Assembly: GCF_025021925.1 (NCBI RefSeq)
Contig: NZ_CP092368.1
Coordinates: forward strand, 60,001-92,000
Length of the DNA: 32,000 bases
Origin: Candidatus Saccharimonadota bacterium
GTDB taxonomy: Bacteria > Pseudomonadota > Alphaproteobacteria > Rickettsiales > Anaplasmataceae
Direction: 5' to 3'
Part shown: piece by piece, positions 27,945 through 32,000 of the stretch
How the letters are laid out: the number at the start of each line of letters is the position of its first letter
Position numbering within the stretch: position 1 is the first letter of the stretch
Notes under the pieces: generated by a model
Databases searched by the model: none
What the model was told of the DNA's origin: nothing
Seen by the model: the letters and a program-made list of their open reading frames with translations, nothing else
Position numbers and translations under genes: made by a program

Positions 27945-28655
27945 ATGTCTTTTTTGATAGTTGCTAACTGGAAGATGCATGGTACACGCAAATCTTTTAC
28001 TAAATATATCGCACAACTTAACAATATCAATCAGAGTATTACCTCTCGTATAGTCATATGTCCTCCATTTACTGCATTGCTAGATGTGATCAATGTGCAG
28101 AAGAATGTTTATATAGGAGCGCAAAATTGTCATTATGAATATTCTGGTTCTTATACAGGTGAAATTAGTGTACAAATGTTGCAAGAACTAGGCTGTACTT
28201 ATGTAATAGTGGGACATTCAGAAAGAATGTATGAGCAAGATCGAGACATTAGACTTAAAGCTGAAACTGCTATAGCATGTCATGTGCATCCTATTATTTG
28301 CATAGGAGAGAACTTAGAGGAACATAGAAGTGAGAACATCAAGTATATCATAGAATCTCAATGTAACAATCGTTTACCTACATATGGTGAATATACTATA
28401 GCATATGAACCCATATGGATCATAGGAACAGGATCTATGCCTAATATTGCATCAATTACCAAAACTCTTGATATGATAATATCTTATACAGGGACAAAAT
28501 CCATCATATATGGCGGGGCTGTTAATAGACAATCTATAAAAAAGGTACTAGAGATCTCAAGTATATCAGGAGTGTTAATTGGAAGTGCAAGCTTAGAGTT
28601 CGATCACTTTGAAAATATTATATATCAAATTGAACAAAGACATTCTATAGATTAA
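27945..28655 (+). CDS. tpiA: Triosephosphate isomerase
   Basis: 236 aa with the catalytic motifs ANWKMHG (Asn/Lys), VGHSERM (His) and AYEPIWIIGTG (Glu). Confidence 0.92.
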   Translation: MSFLIVANWKMHGTRKSFTKYIAQLNNINQSITSRIVICPPFTALLDVINVQKNVYIGAQNCHYEYSGSYTGEISVQMLQELGCTYVIVGHSERMYEQDRDIRLKAETAIACHVHPIICIGENLEEHRSENIKYIIESQCNNRLPTYGEYTIAYEPIWIIGTGSMPNIASITKTLDMIISYTGTKSIIYGGAVNRQSIKKVLEISSISGVLIGSASLEFDHFENIIYQIEQRHSID

Positions 28656-28744
28656 CAAAAATTCAATCATCTGAGATAAGATCTATATCATATTATAAAT
28701 GTAACTCTCAAAATACTTATATTTGGTAGTATATAAATATGAAT

Positions 28745-29827
28745 TTATACGATATCTCCAACCATTAATGATATTTCAGAATCTGAAATTAATAATTCAA
28801 TAAACTCATCTAATTCTCCTCCTTTTACAATTTGCTCTAATCTATGTGAAGTAAGAGAAATTCTATGATCCGTAACTCGTGATTGAGGAAAATTATATGT
28901 TCGGATTCGTTCCGAACGATCTCCAGATCCAATCTGATGTTTTCGCATTGTAGCTCTTGCTATAATTTTTTTTTGTCGTTCGATTTCATACAGTCTAGAT
29001 CTTAATACTTTGAGCGCTTTAGCTTTATTTTTATGTTGTGATTTTTCATCTTGTTGTACTACTACTGTACCTGTTGGAATATGAGTAATACGCACAGCAC
29101 TATCAGTTGTATTTACTGATTGTCCTCCAGGACCGCTGGATTTATATACATCTATGCGCAGATCTTTTTCTGCTATCTTAAAGTCAAACTCTTCTACTGA
29201 AGGTAGAATCGCAACAGTAGCTGTAGAAGTATGTAATCTCCCTGATGATTCAGTTTCCGGTACTCTTTGTATTCTATGTACCCCTGACTCAAATTTCAAT
29301 CTTGCAAATACTTCTGTTCCATTGATTAATGCAGATACTTCTTTATATCCACCTATTCCTGTATGTGTAATATTAATCAATTCAAATGTCCATTTTCTAA
29401 TTTCTGCATATTTTTGGTACATACGTAATAAAATTGTTACAAATAATGATGCTTCTACTCCTCCTGTCCCTGCTCTTATTTCCAATATAGCATTTTTTGT
29501 ATCATCTTGATCTTTTGGTAATAATGCTCTCTCTAAATGAGATTTCACTTGCGGTAGTAATACTTTTTGTTTTTCATAAAGCTCTTCTTTTGCTAATTCT
29601 TTTATATTATCTTCAGTATTATGATCTCGTATTAGAGCTGTTAAGTCTACAATATGTTCTTGTAATAACTGATATTCATTAATCCTATTAATTATAGGAG
29701 TGAGTTCAGCAACTATCTTAGATAGATGAATAAATTCTTTATGATTCAAAGTAGTAGAATGTTCTAAATCATTTTGTATATCATAAAATTTTTTTTTTAA
29801 GTCACGTAAATGATTTTCTATATCCAT
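28745..29827 (-). CDS. prfA: Peptide chain release factor 1
   Basis: 360 aa with the GGQ motif ([23 protein letters not shown]), an RF1-type tripeptide region [13 protein letters not shown] (PxT), and no frameshift site of the prfB type. Confidence 0.93.
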   Translation of the reverse strand: MDIENHLRDLKKKFYDIQNDLEHSTTLNHKEFIHLSKIVAELTPIINRINEYQLLQEHIVDLTALIRDHNTEDNIKELAKEELYEKQKVLLPQVKSHLERALLPKDQDDTKNAILEIRAGTGGVEASLFVTILLRMYQKYAEIRKWTFELINITHTGIGGYKEVSALINGTEVFARLKFESGVHRIQRVPETESSGRLHTSTATVAILPSVEEFDFKIAEKDLRIDVYKSSGPGGQSVNTTDSAVRITHIPTGTVVVQQDEKSQHKNKAKALKVLRSRLYEIERQKKIIARATMRKHQIGSGDRSERIRTYNFPQSRVTDHRISLTSHRLEQIVKGGELDEFIELLISDSEISLMVGDIV

Positions 29828-29944
29828 ATTAGTGATATACCATAATATTCTTATTCATTCATAACATTCTGAAAGAAAAAATTTCTTATATCAAGCAATA
29901 AAATATATACTGATAGTGAGTGATTTAATTTTTTGTCATAGCAC

Positions 29945-30541
29945 ATGTTTACACGAAAAATAACAGAGCATTGCAATTTTGTATTTGGTATCTCAGATAT
30001 TCACTCTCTCCCAAAGATATTGTGTCCAGAGATTGCATTTGTTGGTAGATCAAATGTAGGCAAATCTAGTCTCATCAATTTACTAATAAATAGTAAGAAA
30101 GCTGCAAGAGTTTCCTCTAAACCTGGATGTACACAACAAATTAATTTTTATTCAATGTATAATGATCAATTTAGAATTGTTGATCTTCCAGGATATGGAT
30201 ATGCTAATTTAAGTAAAACAGCAATTAATAAATCACTACAATTAATTAAGTACTATCTCAATCATGGAAGAACACTCAGAAGAATATTTGTATTAATAGA
30301 TAGTAGAATAGGATTAAAAGACATAGACAAGAACTTTGTTTATTGGCTACTATATCATAATATTACATTTAATGTTGTGCTCACAAAAACAGATCAAATT
30401 AGTCATATAGAACTAGATGCCATTATAGATCATACACGCAAGTGGATTAATAATTCAAGTATTACAATTTATCATATAAATATTCATTTGACACTTAACG
30501 TAGATAAAGTACGAAAAGATTTTTTTAAGTTTACAAAATAA
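29945..30541 (+). CDS. engB: Ribosome-biogenesis GTPase EngB (YihA/YsxC)
   Basis: 198 aa with G1 GRSNVGKSSLIN, G3 DLPGYG and G4 TKTD. Confidence 0.9.
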   Translation: MFTRKITEHCNFVFGISDIHSLPKILCPEIAFVGRSNVGKSSLINLLINSKKAARVSSKPGCTQQINFYSMYNDQFRIVDLPGYGYANLSKTAINKSLQLIKYYLNHGRTLRRIFVLIDSRIGLKDIDKNFVYWLLYHNITFNVVLTKTDQISHIELDAIIDHTRKWINNSSITIYHINIHLTLNVDKVRKDFFKFTK

Positions 30542-30544
30542 AAG

Positions 30545-31483
30545 ATGCAGAGAAGTGAATTGTTAAATAACAAAATATCCTTTACACAGAAATCAGATAT
30601 ACTGCTCGAAGTATTATCTAATATTACATATTTCATAGGTGACACTTTTATCATTAAATGTGGTAATATTACAATCTCAGATGAAGCTATTTTGAATTCT
30701 TTTGTTCAGAATATTGTATTATTAAAACAACTTGGAATTCATCCTATAATAGTACATGAAGGAGAAGATGAAATTAACTCTGTACTCAAAATATTGGGCA
30801 TGAAGAATCAATTTATCAATGATATAAGATTGACAGATCAAGAGACAATTAAAATTATTGAAATGGCATTATGTGGATCAGTAAATAAAAAAATTGTGCA
30901 ACAGATTAATACTGCTGGTGGTACAGCTATTGGTATATGTGGTAAAGATGGAAATTTAATAAAAGCAGATAAAATAAGTACTACTTTAACAGCAAGTAAT
31001 GCAGATAATATCGACAAGATATTAGATATGGGATTTATTGGTAAGCCTATTGAAATCAATCCAGATATATTATTTTTTGTTGAAGAATCAGATTTTATTC
31101 CTGTCATTGCGCCGATTGCTCATGGTAAAAATGGCGAGACATTTCATATTGATGCTGATACTATTGCTAGTGCAATTGCAATTGCAGTTTCTGCATCTAA
31201 AATGATTATTTTTAGTGATCAATATGAAGAAATAAATAAGATTGTTGATAAAATAGTCTTAACGAAACAGTTGAATGCATCAATCCATTGTGGTAGAATT
31301 ACAGGAAAGAAATTTATTACACAATTAATGGCATATGCTAAAATGGCTGAGACATGTGCTGGAATTGTACACATAGTTGATGGGAGTATTCCTAATATTA
31401 TGCTTGATGTCTTTACTCAAGATAATTCTAGTATATCAATATTGGATGACTTATCACTAAATCAACGAAGATTTAGTGATTAA
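30545..31483 (+). CDS. argB: Acetylglutamate kinase family (amino-acid kinase fold) protein with divergent active-site motifs
   Basis: 312 aa. Fold-level ArgB motifs are retained: DMGFIGKP, IPVIAPIA, ..IDADT.A.AIA, and VHIVDGSIP. The expected K.GG and HGGG glycine loops read IIKCGN and VHEGE. It starts 3 nt after engB. The family call is confident; the enzymatic activity is not. Confidence 0.75.
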   Translation: MQRSELLNNKISFTQKSDILLEVLSNITYFIGDTFIIKCGNITISDEAILNSFVQNIVLLKQLGIHPIIVHEGEDEINSVLKILGMKNQFINDIRLTDQETIKIIEMALCGSVNKKIVQQINTAGGTAIGICGKDGNLIKADKISTTLTASNADNIDKILDMGFIGKPIEINPDILFFVEESDFIPVIAPIAHGKNGETFHIDADTIASAIAIAVSASKMIIFSDQYEEINKIVDKIVLTKQLNASIHCGRITGKKFITQLMAYAKMAETCAGIVHIVDGSIPNIMLDVFTQDNSSISILDDLSLNQRRFSD

Positions 31484-31538
31484 TATGTTATACTATCAGT
31501 AAACGATACACACGTAGAGACACTATAAAAATACTAAA

Positions 31539-31988
31539 ATGGAAATACAGATAAAAAAGTTATCACACGCTGAAGGAATAGCAACACCGTACTATGCTAC
31601 TACACAGAGTGCTGGTATGGATATTTCAGCAGCGGTAGATACTTCTATTACTATTATGCCATTTGAAAGATTACTTGTACCTACTGGCATAATAATTGCC
31701 ATCCCACAAGGTTATGAAGGACAAATCAGACCACGTTCTGGCCTTGCTTTGAGATATGGAATTACCATTCTAAATGCCCCTGGTACTATAGATTCTGACT
31801 ATCGAGGTGAAATCAAGATATGTCTTATTAATCTTAGTCAACAACCATACAAAATAAAAAGAGGAGATAGAATTGCACAGTTGATTATCACTGCTATACA
31901 TAGGATAGTATGGAATACTTGGATAGATGATTTATTAATAAATAAAACTTCTCGTAATGAAGGAGGATTTGGATCATCTGGTAGATAG
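31539..31988 (+). CDS. dut: dUTP diphosphatase (dUTPase)
   Basis: 149 aa with all trimeric dUTPase motifs: AGMDI, RSGLALRYGI, GTIDSDYRGE, RIAQL, and C-terminal GGFGSSGR. Confidence 0.93.
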   Translation: MEIQIKKLSHAEGIATPYYATTQSAGMDISAAVDTSITIMPFERLLVPTGIIIAIPQGYEGQIRPRSGLALRYGITILNAPGTIDSDYRGEIKICLINLSQQPYKIKRGDRIAQLIITAIHRIVWNTWIDDLLINKTSRNEGGFGSSGR

Positions 31989-32000
31989 CGCGTAATTATA

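Overview
This is an AT-rich, gene-dense housekeeping segment of a reduced alphaproteobacterial chromosome. The gene set fits an obligate intracellular Rickettsiales lineage: class I LysRS, ThyX, membrane-anchored cytochrome c CycM, scattered ccm and nuo genes, adrenodoxin-type ferredoxin, and a tRNA-His with encoded G-1:C73. The presence of tpiA and prs makes it look Anaplasmataceae-like rather than Rickettsia; this placement is inference only. I call 31 protein-coding genes (fabH is truncated at the left edge) and 3 tRNAs (His-GUG, Arg-CCG, Thr-UGU). I also call one convincing intrinsic terminator, one 12-bp tandem repeat and one long inverted repeat. About 5.2 kb of the 32 kb lies outside my gene calls, by arithmetic on those coordinates. 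I found no rRNA, CRISPR array, transposase, integrase, phage gene, toxin-antitoxin pair or secretion or defence gene. Every track ORF that is not an antisense or alternate-frame shadow has a housekeeping assignment, except one alpha/beta-hydrolase of unknown substrate. I therefore do not see a novel multi-gene system here and do not want to manufacture one. Items worth a second look: (1) an ArgB-family protein whose nucleotide-binding and catalytic motifs look eroded; (2) a 1.07-kb ORF-free gap upstream of fdx that contains a GC-richer island with a perfect 16-bp palindrome; (3) a 12-bp x3 tandem repeat in the nuoJ/uvrD divergent region; (4) repeat and hairpin structures in the thyX/lysK and cycM/recJ intergenic regions; (5) long in-frame homopolymer tracts in recJ, prfA and nuoL; (6) dispersal of normally clustered genes (orphan nuoD, gatC and fdx).
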